Shown here one piece after another: positions 1 to 23,700 of a stretch of DNA of 64,000 bases (position 1 is its first letter; each line of letters begins with the position of its first letter). The DNA comes from Bugula neritina (taxonomy: Eukaryota > Animalia > Bryozoa): positions 11,604,581 to 11,668,580 of the forward strand of contig OZ037767.1 in the NCBI GenBank assembly GCA_964035545.1, given 5' to 3'. The notes beneath the pieces were generated by a model. That model did no database searches. It saw only the letters and a program-made list of their open reading frames with translations, and was not told the origin of the DNA. A program made the translations under genes and the position numbers.

Positions 1-973
1 GATTTGCTTAGATATAGCATTTTTCCCAAACAGAGTATAGTCATAGTACATACAAGAATTGAAATACAGCATTAAAAACTTGTAACTTTCCTTCTATAAC
101 ACCAAAGAATCTGGTGCTAGTAGGTATAGTTTAGACTTATTAGTATGTTTAGATTATTTCTCACCATTTCTGTCATTGCTAGATACAAATCAGTGAAGCA
201 AAATATGCAACATGTGCATTTTATGACAAGCAAATGCCCTTGCAACTGCTTCTTGCAACTTTAATTCTAACATCATTAGTCAGCACTAGTTGCATGTTCA
301 CATTTTACTTATCAGTATTTACTTGTCTGATTCTTTTTCGTGGAAATTGAAACTGGATGATATGCAGAATAAAACTTACCTTTTCTGGCTTTAAATGTTA
401 TTTATTTACAACCAAGGAATGAACAAACAAGTGAGTTTAAGCTAAAGCGTACCGCTCATGTCCCTTAATGAGTATTTTCATTGTTTCTGGCTAAAATACA
501 ACTGAACAATTTGTCAATCTGCTTTTCCAAATAAAATTTTTCGTTTCTAAAGCCATCAAAATGAATATTTTTGTAATTTTGCAACCAAACAAAAATATTT
601 TGCCATATGATTTCCATTGCTTTTCCTAATTAGCCAATCATCAAGTGTTGATTATTATTTCTTTTAATTAAAGTCATGCTTCAGATTTTTATTGTGATTC
701 AATGATTAGAATAAACATCTAGTCATGATAAATAAAAGTTTAGAAATTTAGATAGAATTTGCTTTCATCACACAGAATAGTGAGTGCAAGTTTGAAAAAA
801 ATTTAAAAGCTAATATGTCTTCTATAATAAACAAATTAAACTTTAAAAAATATTTATTGCAATATTAAAAATCTCAATTCTTATTGCTTGTGTTCTAAGA
901 AAAATTTAATAAAATTTCAGTGAAACTCCTGCATTGTTTCTGGCAGCATATTACTTAGCCAGTCATAAAATAA

Positions 974-1003
974 TGTGTGTGTGTGAGTGTGTGTGTGCGT
1001 GTG

Positions 1004-1034
<31 letters not shown>
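974..1034. repeat. (TG)n microsatellite
   Basis: Direct reading. Confidence 0.95.
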
Positions 1035-2409
1035 AAAATTTTATATAGCCCACATGTAAGAGGGGCCATGTATTTTGTCTCAAGTTACATAAACTCCAGG
1101 CCTCATCCAATGATAGGATATTTTTATTTCAATTCAGTATATTTGTGTTCCTTCAACTCAACTAAAGAAATTTTCATTTACATCGTAAAGCTTTCCACAG
1201 TTTCTTTGAAATAGACTCTAATACAAAGTGTAAACACAATTAGTCATAGTTTTGTAAATAAATTGAACAGGGAATTGAAACAAGCTTTACTATATAATAT
1301 GTTGGGTATCTTTAGTTTGACTATGCTAACAGAAGGCTAGCTATGACGTTATTGCTAATAGTATACAGGTATCATCAGCATAATTACAATAAAATTGATC
1401 AATATTTACTTATTTTAATAAATAACGGATACAATAAAAAATAAATGAAAATATTAGTTTATTTGTCTTAGCAAACATCAGCACTAAATAACTATGGCCA
1501 GTTCATTGATCAGCATAGCTGGGGCTAGTTGAGAAAGGAGTCATAGAGATTTGCTCTGCCTGGGGTTATATGATTTCCACAACAACTTATTCAAATCTTT
1601 GTCTAAAAGGACGTTTGTTCAGCTCATTGTTTCCATTTCTACCCTTTGCAATGATATAGAAATTGCTTTCTTTTCAGCTCTTGATACCTTATGTTTACTC
1701 TTGCAATGTTATTCAACTTGGAGGCAATATTGGATTTTTTGTTCTATGTTTTCAGTGTGTTGTGTGGCCGCATGATAATGTTGCCAGCATAATCTAAGCC
1801 CGCCTCCCTTGTGTTAAGAGTGTTTGTATAGTTTTCAATCGAAACAGTGAGGAGCCATTGAGTCGCTGTTGCTAAAAGCACAAATGCATATAATATAGAA
1901 GGTGTGTGGGTAAATACTAGATAGTGAGTAGTGATTGAATGGAGCTGGCGTGTAGCTGTTAGTTACATACTCTTTATAGAAACATCATTAGCAACACACA
2001 ATCAAGAACTAGTCAGTTTGCACGCAGGTAACTTTAGTATGATATCATAGCATATACAACCTTTACAGCTAGTGTCACGCAGCATTTATTCTTATTATTT
2101 ATTTTACAAAACATTTTAAATTTATTTGAGCTTTTATGCTATGTTAACATGTAGCAGAAACACTAACAAATTGGTAAATGTTTAATTAAGAATATGTTTT
2201 ATGCAAACTTCTTAGAAATTAAATTGCTTGACTGACATTTACAGTAATTTGCAATTTCTTATTCTATATAATGTAGAATAACTCCAACCTACATTGTTAG
2301 GGTGATTGAAGGGCTACTTGTATGTAAAGCATTGCCATTGTTTGTAGTGCGTTATGTCATTACCTTGAGTGAAGTACACTGGACAGAATATTCTAACTCA
2401 TCAGTATAG

Positions 2410-13966
<11,557 letters not shown>

Positions 13967-15250
13967 ATTTTATGCAAGTATATTATGGGAAGACAACCCT
14001 CAGAGACATGAATATACTCAGACTGTCACTCATGCACTGATGCAATTAAACCAACAGAGTCAGTAAAATGCATCAGATCTTGTAGTACAGATTATATTGT
14101 AACTATGTCAAATATGGCTATCCTATTCTTCAAACTTCTAAGAGTTTACCCAAAGCCTAGAACATCTCTCTATATTCCAAAAGTTAAGCCAACATCCAAC
14201 ATATGAAGTCATAGGAAGCAGCTTCATAACATATGCTAATAAATATCATACTATTTAATACATTGTACATGTATCTCTGACTTTTCCAACTTGGTATGGA
14301 AAAAATTCCTATACTAATTGTAATAGTGATTAGGATGTTCACAGTAAATGGCAAGTTGGAATATGCAGAACAAACTGTTGCATCTATCCAAATTATTTAT
14401 TTAATTTCCAGATCTTTGTTCACGTGTACATAACTTATTGGCCTATTACAATATTATATATTTTTTGTAAGTTACATACTACACTTTTATTTTTAACATG
14501 CAAAAAGTATTTTGCCAATGTTGCCCTTTCAACTCAGGGTTCTGCATTAATTACTATTTAATTGAAATATTATCTGTCAACATGTATTTTATATATCTAC
14601 ATACATTGCTAATAATGTGAGTAACTCAAACTGTGATTAATGTAGCTGCTATTGTCAAATAATTTTAAATTACGATTTGCCAAACAAATGATATTAAGTT
14701 TTACTTGTTAGTTTAAAAAAATGCTATTGGATATTACGCTAGTCCACAGTTCATATTATATGTTGCATGTCATACTGAAATACTAAACTAATGTCTCGTA
14801 TATTATATCATAGAGTTAAATCAGTTGATAACATGAACTGTTGTAGTTATACTTTATAAGTTTTTGGTACTCAATAAAACTAGAATTATATTAAAATTAT
14901 GCTGAATATCATTAGATGTCATTGCAAAATTTTTCTTCACTAAAATATAGCCCGGTATAAAGTTGCATTTTGCCCAGTATTGCAGCCTGCTTGTTTCACA
15001 CCAGGCCAGCTGTGGTGACCCAATGGAGAGAATAACCACAAAGGGTTTACGTTGCAGAATTTTCTATTTGGCTGTGAAAGATAAAAGATAATAAAAATCT
15101 AATCATTAAATAATTAAACAATTTTAATCAAACAGCAAACCAAAATAAATTACTATACGAATAAAACTCAGTGCTAGGACAACATAAAGACTGTGAAAGC
15201 ATCATAATATTTCCAAGTCAGCACAGCTAGACTATGACAAGCAGATGACA

Positions 15251-18200
15251 TCATGATGAGTCTTTAGAAGCGAGTGTGGCTTCCACTTGCTCCACATCTC
15301 GCAAACACTGCTCTCCCGTTTGAATGAGGGAAGGGATTTGGAGCCTCCTGGCTATCTCTATACATTTATTGCAGTATTCTCTAGCAGAGGCTAAATCCTT
15401 GCTCATGATACACGCCTGCAGTAACATAGTACAGTAATACTATACGCCATACGGTATATGAAAATAACCCGAGAGAGGATAACTTCTTAAATAGCAAGTC
15501 AACTGATGAACATTTTAGTCTGTATCATGAGTAAACCTTTTCCAATGTCCTTATTACCTAATTGATAATTAGGAGTTGTGTTTCCTTAGCAGGTACATTC
15601 TTGAACCTTATTATATTATAGTACAGTCTCATTGAAAATTTAAAGTTTCACTGGTACAAAAACCTAAACTATGTTATATATACTAATTCTTTCAAGAAAT
15701 AAATATCTGGTAGTAGCAGACATGTAAGTAAATTTCAAACACATTTAGTAGCATTTTTTTATAGAAATATAAAAAACATTTTTAATGGGTAATTGTTTAT
15801 TGGAAACTGCTGCAGTGGCAGCTACGCTATAAAAATTCCATTATTCATTCGCTGGGCTCGCTGCCACCGCTCAAGTTAACAGAAGCTTAATTAAGGTATA
15901 CACCTGCTAAGGGGGCACAACTCTCAACTATAAATTGAACATCAGGGTCATTAGATAAATGTCTATTGAAGAATATAACAGCACAGCTAGCCTTGCATTA
16001 TATTTTTATTCGATGTCAATACAGTGATGGCTCCTCGTGATGTCATCAACATGACTCATCATCATTCACAGCCTCTCTTAGTGTGTCAACTAGTTAATAC
16101 TACGTACTTTAAGCATATTATTCTCACCAACACAGCTATAGTTCTGTATGGGTAATATACTTATAGAGTATAATATTTATTATATCTTAGTATTTGTTTC
16201 ATACCAATTTTACGATGTAATCCATGTTATAATATATTGCTTGATTGTAACTTGATTATAACCATGAGTAATGAAACCAATAAATACATACAACCCTCAA
16301 TACACTCTGATTTAAACAGCCAACACATCTCAGATATAGTTGACCAACTGACGCATACAACATGGCGAGCTGGAACACTTTTACCTCTCCTAAGTTATAG
16401 TAGAAGGCTATAAGAGAATCGTCAGCGCCGTCACTGTTCTCTGCTCTGTTGATGGCCTCCTGGTAGGACTCTATGCCCTCTTTGAACTGTTTGTTGGTGA
16501 CGTAAGCCGAGGCCAAGTCGTTCAGCACCACGAGAGCCTAACAGAAACAGGAAACTCTACTCACAGAGTTAACAACATACATTGTCACAGATACATTGCC
16601 TGAAATTAGCTTTCTAAAACCAGCTTGCTTCAATTCACTAAAATCAAATCAAATCTTCTAAAAACTAAATTAACTGAATCCTATGAGATCATTTATTCTT
16701 CAGGAAACTTGTATGCCTGATTTTGATGATAAAACTGTAAAACTTCACAAGTTTAAATGCTAGTTTAAGCAAGTAAGTCATTTTTACATTCACTAATTAC
16801 TTAGGTTATTTCATATAAGATTTGCCACAACATTAGTATAGTTACAAACCTCTTCTGTAAAACTGATTTTAAAACACTACGCACCCACTGGTCACACACA
16901 CCCTTTGAGATTAAACAAGATTTATATAAACATAAAATCAGGTTAGTAATTTCTTTTGAACAACTCAATACAAGCTTCAAGTTTACACTTCTGTTTTTCT
17001 TTGAGAAGAACACAACACCGACGTGAAACTATCACTCTAACAGAGCTGAGGCTATTTCATTAGAAAATGAGTGAACTTTATTACAGACACCAAACTAGTA
17101 ATTTTACCTGCGGGTGATCAGCACCATAAACCTCCCGGGCTATGTCGAGAGACTGTTTGTATAACTTTATAGCATGTTGAAATTGCTTCTTTTTCATAAG
17201 GAATCGAGCATAACCTGCAGATATAAGTTTATATAATGAGATAAATTTGTCTCAAAAAACATGGAAAATCAAAAAGTAAAAAGTTCAGTACTTTACACAA
17301 TAGAACTAAAATTGAATTCATAAAACTGTGCGCACCAGCTATAAGTCATGGAAAATTAATGTGGCTAGTAAAAGGGTAATAAAAAACTGTACTCGTATAC
17401 AAAACCTAATAACTCTAAATAGTATATTCTCACAAAAAACTCTAGCTACTATCCCTGTGAGAACTCCTGGTAGAAATCGTTTTTGTTAAATCGGGCTAAG
17501 GACTTATTCATATGTAGCATGAAAGCAATTATGACTGGATGCTCTTCCTAACATCACCAATAGCCTTTACTGGGGTTTGAACCACTGACTTACTAAGCCA
17601 ACGCTCTAACGCCTAGACCACAAGATGATATGCTAATAGTCAGTGTCTTGTTATAATTGAAAATTGAATTTAAATTAAAGATAAACCCAACAGTGGACTG
17701 ACTTTGCAGGGCCAGGCCATGAAGTGCCAGGGTGTTGGTATCACACTCCAAGACACCGCCAGCTTCTTCCACTTTCTTAGCCATCGTCTGCACTGAGAAA
17801 GCAAACCCGGCCTCAGCTTCCTTGTCCCTAGAGAGAGTGGCATAGAGGGAGGACAACTTCACAGACAATTCTACAATTGAGTCATCATCAGGTGCTTTCC
17901 CAGCTGCCAGACATTTCTGCATAGTCTGTAAAGAGAATCAGCTTTGATAATGGGGTGAGCTATGATTGCACTCAACTTGCTTGTTCTAATTCAATAACAA
18001 AAACCTGCAACGATGTTGTACACAACATTTATAAAGCACAGATTTTAGAAATTTTCAATATTTATATATAATGCAGCGAATATAGAACTACGATGACAAT
18101 TTATTTCTAATCAAAATGTCGCAGAGAATATAACTGAGCTATCAACATTATAACACTACAAAAACTTCATCTGTTTGATTAGTGAACAGTATTATTTAAA

Positions 18201-20416
18201 TGGACAAACTTGTCAATGTTACAGGTTTACAAACAGTCACAACAATGATGCATACATAAACTAAACATATAACCAGCAACTTTAGTTTGAAGAAAAATTG
18301 ATTCCAACTCACTTCCTTGTACAGCCTTTCAGCATTGACAGCATCACCCGCCTTCACCGCTAAAGACGCCATGAAACCAAAGATGTTTATCTGATATACT
18401 AAAAGCTGCCTGTTTAAAATAGAATAAATAAAAAACTAAATACATTTTCTATAGTTCCTATACAATCCGCCAAAACAAGTCTCTGGTAATAACAAAGGTT
18501 TTATAAACAAAATTAAACTAGGCTGAATACTAGAATGGCAGGCTGCATAGATAACTCAGAGCTTGTTCATCATGAGCAAGGAAAACCTGCAGCACAATTA
18601 GATTGTACAAACAAAAAACAGGAAGAGACCCGCATGTGATTGAGACTTACTGATCATCTATAATTTGGCTTCTGTGTTGTGTGTATGCTAGTTCTAATGC
18701 TTTATGAAACAGGTCTTGAGCTTCATCAATTTTTCCTTTCTGAGTAGCCAAAACACCATGTTTGAGAACTAAAGTCAATTCTTCACGAGGGGAAAGCTTA
18801 GTCTGCTGCTTGGTGTACCACAAGTACAGTGACCCTAATATTGAACTTCCAAATACAACCCCAATTAGGGGTTTCCAATTTTTATTTGATTTGTGTTTAG
18901 GATTTCCTGAACTGTAAAAGAAAATTTATTATTATTGTGAAATTGTTTGGAACCAAATTTATACAAAGACTGAAAAATTTTATAACAAAAGTAAAGTTAG
19001 CCTATGCAAGATAAGTTTGCAAAATACCCACTGACAAGTTATTGGAATGGACATTAAAGTTGTGAAATATTCATAGCATTTTTATGAACATACTGAAAAC
19101 ATGAGATTGAATTGACAGCTAGACTGCATCAAGACAAAGTGTTGAACTGGTAAAAAATTAATGCTTGCCATGTTATACTTTAGTTTTTTATTTAATCAGT
19201 CTTTAAAATATCCAACAGCATGTTAGTAAAATTGACTTGCAACTTGTAAGTAAATTGGATTGTCTAAGTTTAGTTCAATTATTACTACGTAGATGTTTGA
19301 CTAAAGTTGACTAGAAATTTTTGCCTGAGCCATAAGTTGACAATGATTGACTGGTTATTGACTCTTGACAAGACACTTACTTTAACTTGGCTTAACAAAT
19401 TATTTAATTGAGTTTAAAGACATTGCAAAACCATGTGGTTATAGCAGCAGTGTCTTTCCAGATAGGTGCTTCCCAGCTAGACGCTACGCTAAATTTACCA
19501 CTTAGACGCTTCCCAAATGGGTTTATTTATTTATTTCGGTAAAATAATATGTACTTTATGTAGGGCTTGGGGCCTAGCGTCTAACTGGGAAGCATTTATC
19601 TGGATGAAACCATAGCAGCATCGCAAAACTTTATTATTTGTGTTGAAATAAATGCTGAAAATTATACTTTATGATTAACATTATGCTATTTTATACATAA
19701 TTAGTAATACTAATATACAAAATAAATACAAGTATGGAGTAATAATTATAGCTGTTATGGTAAATGTAATACTAACTAATACCAAGAATAAAACTGTTAG
19801 TATTAGCAATAGTTATTTTTTTAAAAACTTTACTTAATCACAATAATTTAATTAATACTATCATAGCTACTACTATTACTATAACAATAAGTATAGTTAG
19901 TACTCAGTACTACTGCTGTTGCTGCTACTGCTGTTGCTGCTACTACTGCTACTAGTACTACTGCTACTAGTACTACTGCTACTAGACCTAGTACTACTGC
20001 TACTACTACCACTACCAGTGGCAGTAGTACTACTACTAGTACTAGTAGTTCAAGTTGTTTCCACTTTTGTTTCTACTTTCTTAATTATAAAAAGCACTAG
20101 CAACCATTCAAATTTTAACTAAAAATTACCAAGACTGAGATTCATTTTTGTTGAGCTTCTCCTCAAAGTTAGGGTCCAAGCCGGTGCGTGGATCATCACC
20201 ACTGGACTTGGTCGAAACATTTTCATTGTCATTGAAGTGATTGATATTATTATAATTATTTGGCTTTGCGTGATCAGTTGAAGACTCAGTATTTGTACTT
20301 GAATGGCGACAGCCAGATAGGCAAAATTTGTGTATTATATTGCAGCTAGGTTGAATAGAATTAACATATTTTTCAGAAACAACGCGATGAATAAATTTAA
20401 TTTTTGTAGAAAACAT
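15251..20416 (-). CDS. TTC19: Tetratricopeptide repeat protein 19, mitochondrial (complex III quality-control factor), 7 exons, ~430 aa
   Basis: Minus-strand exons 20416-20130, 18911-18651, 18409-18313, 17925-17703, 17214-17108, 16537-16385, 15415-15251 join in frame. Basic presequence-like N-terminus (MFSTKIKFIHR), hydrophobic segment LIGVVFGSSILGSLYLWYT, then TPR helices EAQDLFHKALELAY, NAERLYKETM, DDDSIVELSVKLSSLYA, EAGFAFSVQTM, SYARFL, VYGADHPQALVVLNDLA, matching TTC19 as I recall it. Confidence 0.85.
17498..17622 (-). mobile_element. tRNA-derived SINE copy
   Basis: Shares GGACTTATT..ATGACTGGATGCTCTTCCTAACATC..GGGGTT(T/C)GAACC..CCTAGACCAC with the copies at 33399, 57553 and 62585. Confidence 0.75.
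19450..19611. mobile_element. MITE with 9-bp TSD (Mutator-like)
   Basis: ATAGCAGCA at 19441-19449 and 19612-19620. Inverted arms TCCAGATAGGTGCTTCCCAGCTAGACGCTA / TAGCGTCTAACTGGGAAGCATTTATCTGGA. Confidence 0.75.
19865..20050. repeat. (CTA/CTG)n trinucleotide low-complexity tract
   Basis: Direct reading; TTC19 intron 1. Confidence 0.85.
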
Positions 20417-20730
20417 TTTAGATTTGTCTCTTAATTTCAAAATCACAAGGAAAATCCCAGTTCAGACCAACCTTGACTTGAAGGTCAAGGACACAGCCAA
20501 TCTGCGCTTGTGTTCATTAGCAATCTACGGAAAACTGAACAAAAACTGCAACCCTAGCAACGAGAAGTAATACAATAACAATTACACGCCTGATATTTGC
20601 TATAGAAGCATGCTATAACGTAGTAAAATACTCGAAGTAATAATTTGTTTGCGATGTTGATGAGGGCTTAAAACCCATTTTGTTGTGCGCAGCTCGCATA
20701 GTTTACAAAAGCAGCTAAAAGGCCTACAAC
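20417..20730. promoter_or_regulatory. Bidirectional promoter between TTC19 and DRC7
   Basis: Only 314 bp separate the two divergent ATGs. Contains TGAAGGTCA (20479-20487) overlapping TCAAGGACA, a CCAAT box (AGCCAATC ~20495) and RFX half-site-like CATTAGCAAT / CCCTAGCAAC (~20515-20561). Confidence 0.6.
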
Positions 20731-23700
20731 ATGGCTGATGTGCTTGCAGCTGAATTACCCGATCAAAGTCTTGATCATCTCACGCTAGACCAAAGTACTG
20801 ACGATATTGAAAATGAAGGTGTTGGTAAGAAATAATAATGAGTGGGCAAACGATGCTTAGACTCTATGTAACCAAGGCCATGATAGTGACTATTAGTAAT
20901 ATTTTGAGGGAACGATAAATATTAATATTAATTGTAATATTAATAAAAATAAAATTACAAATAAAGATATCGTAATCATCATGATAATGATTGATGAGTG
21001 TCAGACTATTAATACAATTATCAGAATTACCATCACTTTATTTTTTCTATGTTAACGTAAATTGCAGATATTAGAAATGTTGTGCAAGAAATCATCAGTT
21101 ACTTAAATATTTAGTTTTGATGTTATATAAAAACAAAACATGACTATTAACTATTTTGATTTAAATTTTGCAACTGGCAAATTAGAAAAAATTCCATTAG
21201 CCCAACTTTATTTTTGGCATTTTAAAAATAGTTATGAAGTAGTTATGGGCTTATTGTACTGAAAAAAGTCGAGTAATTTTCAATTTTTATCTTAGCAAAT
21301 GACATGTAAATGTGACCTTTGTTAGTGTTCAAAACTGATCCCTCATGACAGCAAAAGTAAAGCAAGTTTTTCCTTAAAAATATCTACCTTGGTAGTAATT
21401 TTTACTGCAAATAAGACTATTGAATACTTTTTGATAAGTTTATTTAAAATAAGTTTTTTTTTCATAAACTTTAAAAATTGAAATTGAATCAATACTCAAT
21501 TTAATTTAATTAACTTTTCTCTCTTCATATATGCTATGTTTATCACATCAACTGGTTATTAAAAAAGTAAATTTGAGCACATGGTTCTTTAGTAAAAAGT
21601 TATGACTAAAGCATTTTAAGTTGGCCTAATTATTATGCCATCTTTAGAGTATGTCATCTTATGACTGCAGCTGTGATAGGTAGTTTTTTATTGGCAAAAT
21701 GAATACAATGATTGATTTAGCAGGTTTATTGAACTGAGTGTGAACTTGATTTTAGAAAAGTTACATTGATCTTTATTTAAATGATGCAATATACTACCAA
21801 TTATATATATATAATACAACATAGTTAGTAAAGAAACTATAAAACTTGAAACCTTTGTGTATGAAGTACACATTTAGGTGCAGTAGTGGAGTAGTTGAAA
21901 TAGCCTAAGTTTTTTAATTTCCTTATAGATTTTGGTTTGGGGCGCATGTTAAATTTTTTGCGAGAGCATAACTTCTTTTGCTAAATTTCTAATCTAGGAC
22001 ACAGGCTTTTTTCAATTTCTCCATTACTGCACCTATCTCGAAGCACACTGTCTAATCCCATTGCTAATCTGTACTCAAAAAGATATTATAAATATAAATT
22101 TCTAAGACCTATCAAAGCTCAACTCAAATATTCTTATTTTTTCTAAGTTTTGTTGTACCTGACACTGCATTGAACATGTAACACAGTATAATTTACATGC
22201 AGTAGTATAATGGCATTGTCTCACCTATATAATATATGAAACATTACTTTATAGCATATTCTAAAAAGTATTTGACTATAAAAAAAGGAAATATTTCTTT
22301 AAATATTTTCTTCTGAGACCATAAATCTGTATTATGACTTTGTAATATCATCAAAGCATTCTAACTGAGCTTCTCAAACATCATCTCCTGTCTCAGATAA
22401 AAATAAAAAGCTACAAGTTTCTTAATTAAATTTGTACCTAAACATGATTGTTTATTGTCTACCATTTATAGCTTAGCCTTTGTCTGCCATTTTTAAGAGT
22501 CTGATGAATATGAAGAAGAAGAAGAAGGGGAAGATGGAGAAGAGCCCAAAAAGAGAAAGAAGAAGAAAAAGGAAGTGATGGAAGAGCCAGCCCCGCCTCC
22601 TGTAGAGGAGAAACTCTCACCTGAAGCCTTAGCTCTCAAAAAAGAGCTGGAGAGGATCTTTGTTGTAGCGCCAGACTTGCACAGGTTTGGATACTCTATT
22701 TTGCAATATATTGCACCTTTACACCATATTACAACTTTACACCATATTACAACTTTACACCATATTACGACTTTACACCATATTACAACATGTCACCCCA
22801 GATCATATCGCACCATGTAGTTGCTATAAGCTCCATTGACTAAATGTCCTAACCCAATGGGTATTGGCCATAAACTCTTTACTGCTGCAATACGGAAATG
22901 TTGCAATTGTAACTTTGATTCAAAAATAGACTTTTAGCATCCCAGGTTGCTCTCTTATAAAAATGAATTTCATTTAAGGTCCTTTGACTTGGGTCATGCG
23001 GACAGAATAATGCATTAACGTTTGTTTAGTAAACTGGAAGTTAAATTAGGTTGACGACGACTTCTTTGCAAAAAGTTAAAATGTGATACTAATTTGCTAA
23101 GAATCAGATAATGACAGCATATATAAATGTGATGATTTTCTAAATATTGAATATTTTATATAATATGTGAGATAGTATGTACTATATAATATAATAATAT
23201 GCTAAATAATATTTAGTTTAAAATATTATGATAATCTCTAGATCATTTTATTCTAAGACTTGTTCAACTATTATATTTTAGCATTAGTTGTGGTAAGGGT
23301 TGAACTTGGAATTAAATTCTTTATAGAAAGACCTTCAGATTTGTCATAACCAACTCCTAGAACTTCCTAGACTAAGAGATCTCTGTTCACAGTTATCAGT
23401 GTGAGAGTTGTTATGTATTTGATTCTCACCCGCCTTTCTAAGTATTGTGCAATGTTTAGAGTTTAGACTACGATATGTTTTAGTTGGCAGGACCTGCGCT
23501 ATGACTCCATTGAGTTCCCTGACTCATACAAACACAATTCACCAAAAGAGGAGCTGGCGTTGTCGTATGCAGAGAACTTCCGCCGTCAATATGTACATCT
23601 GTATCGAGACAGGAAGTCTCTGCTTTTAAATCCAGTCAATGAGTGCGGCCTTGAGGTATGCTATTTTATATTATGATATTTTAGCAGTTTCAAGTGTTGC

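Noticed and set aside
19919-20122. Poly-Leu signal-peptide-like ORF
   Set aside because: Translation of a CTA/CTG repeat inside TTC19 intron 1.
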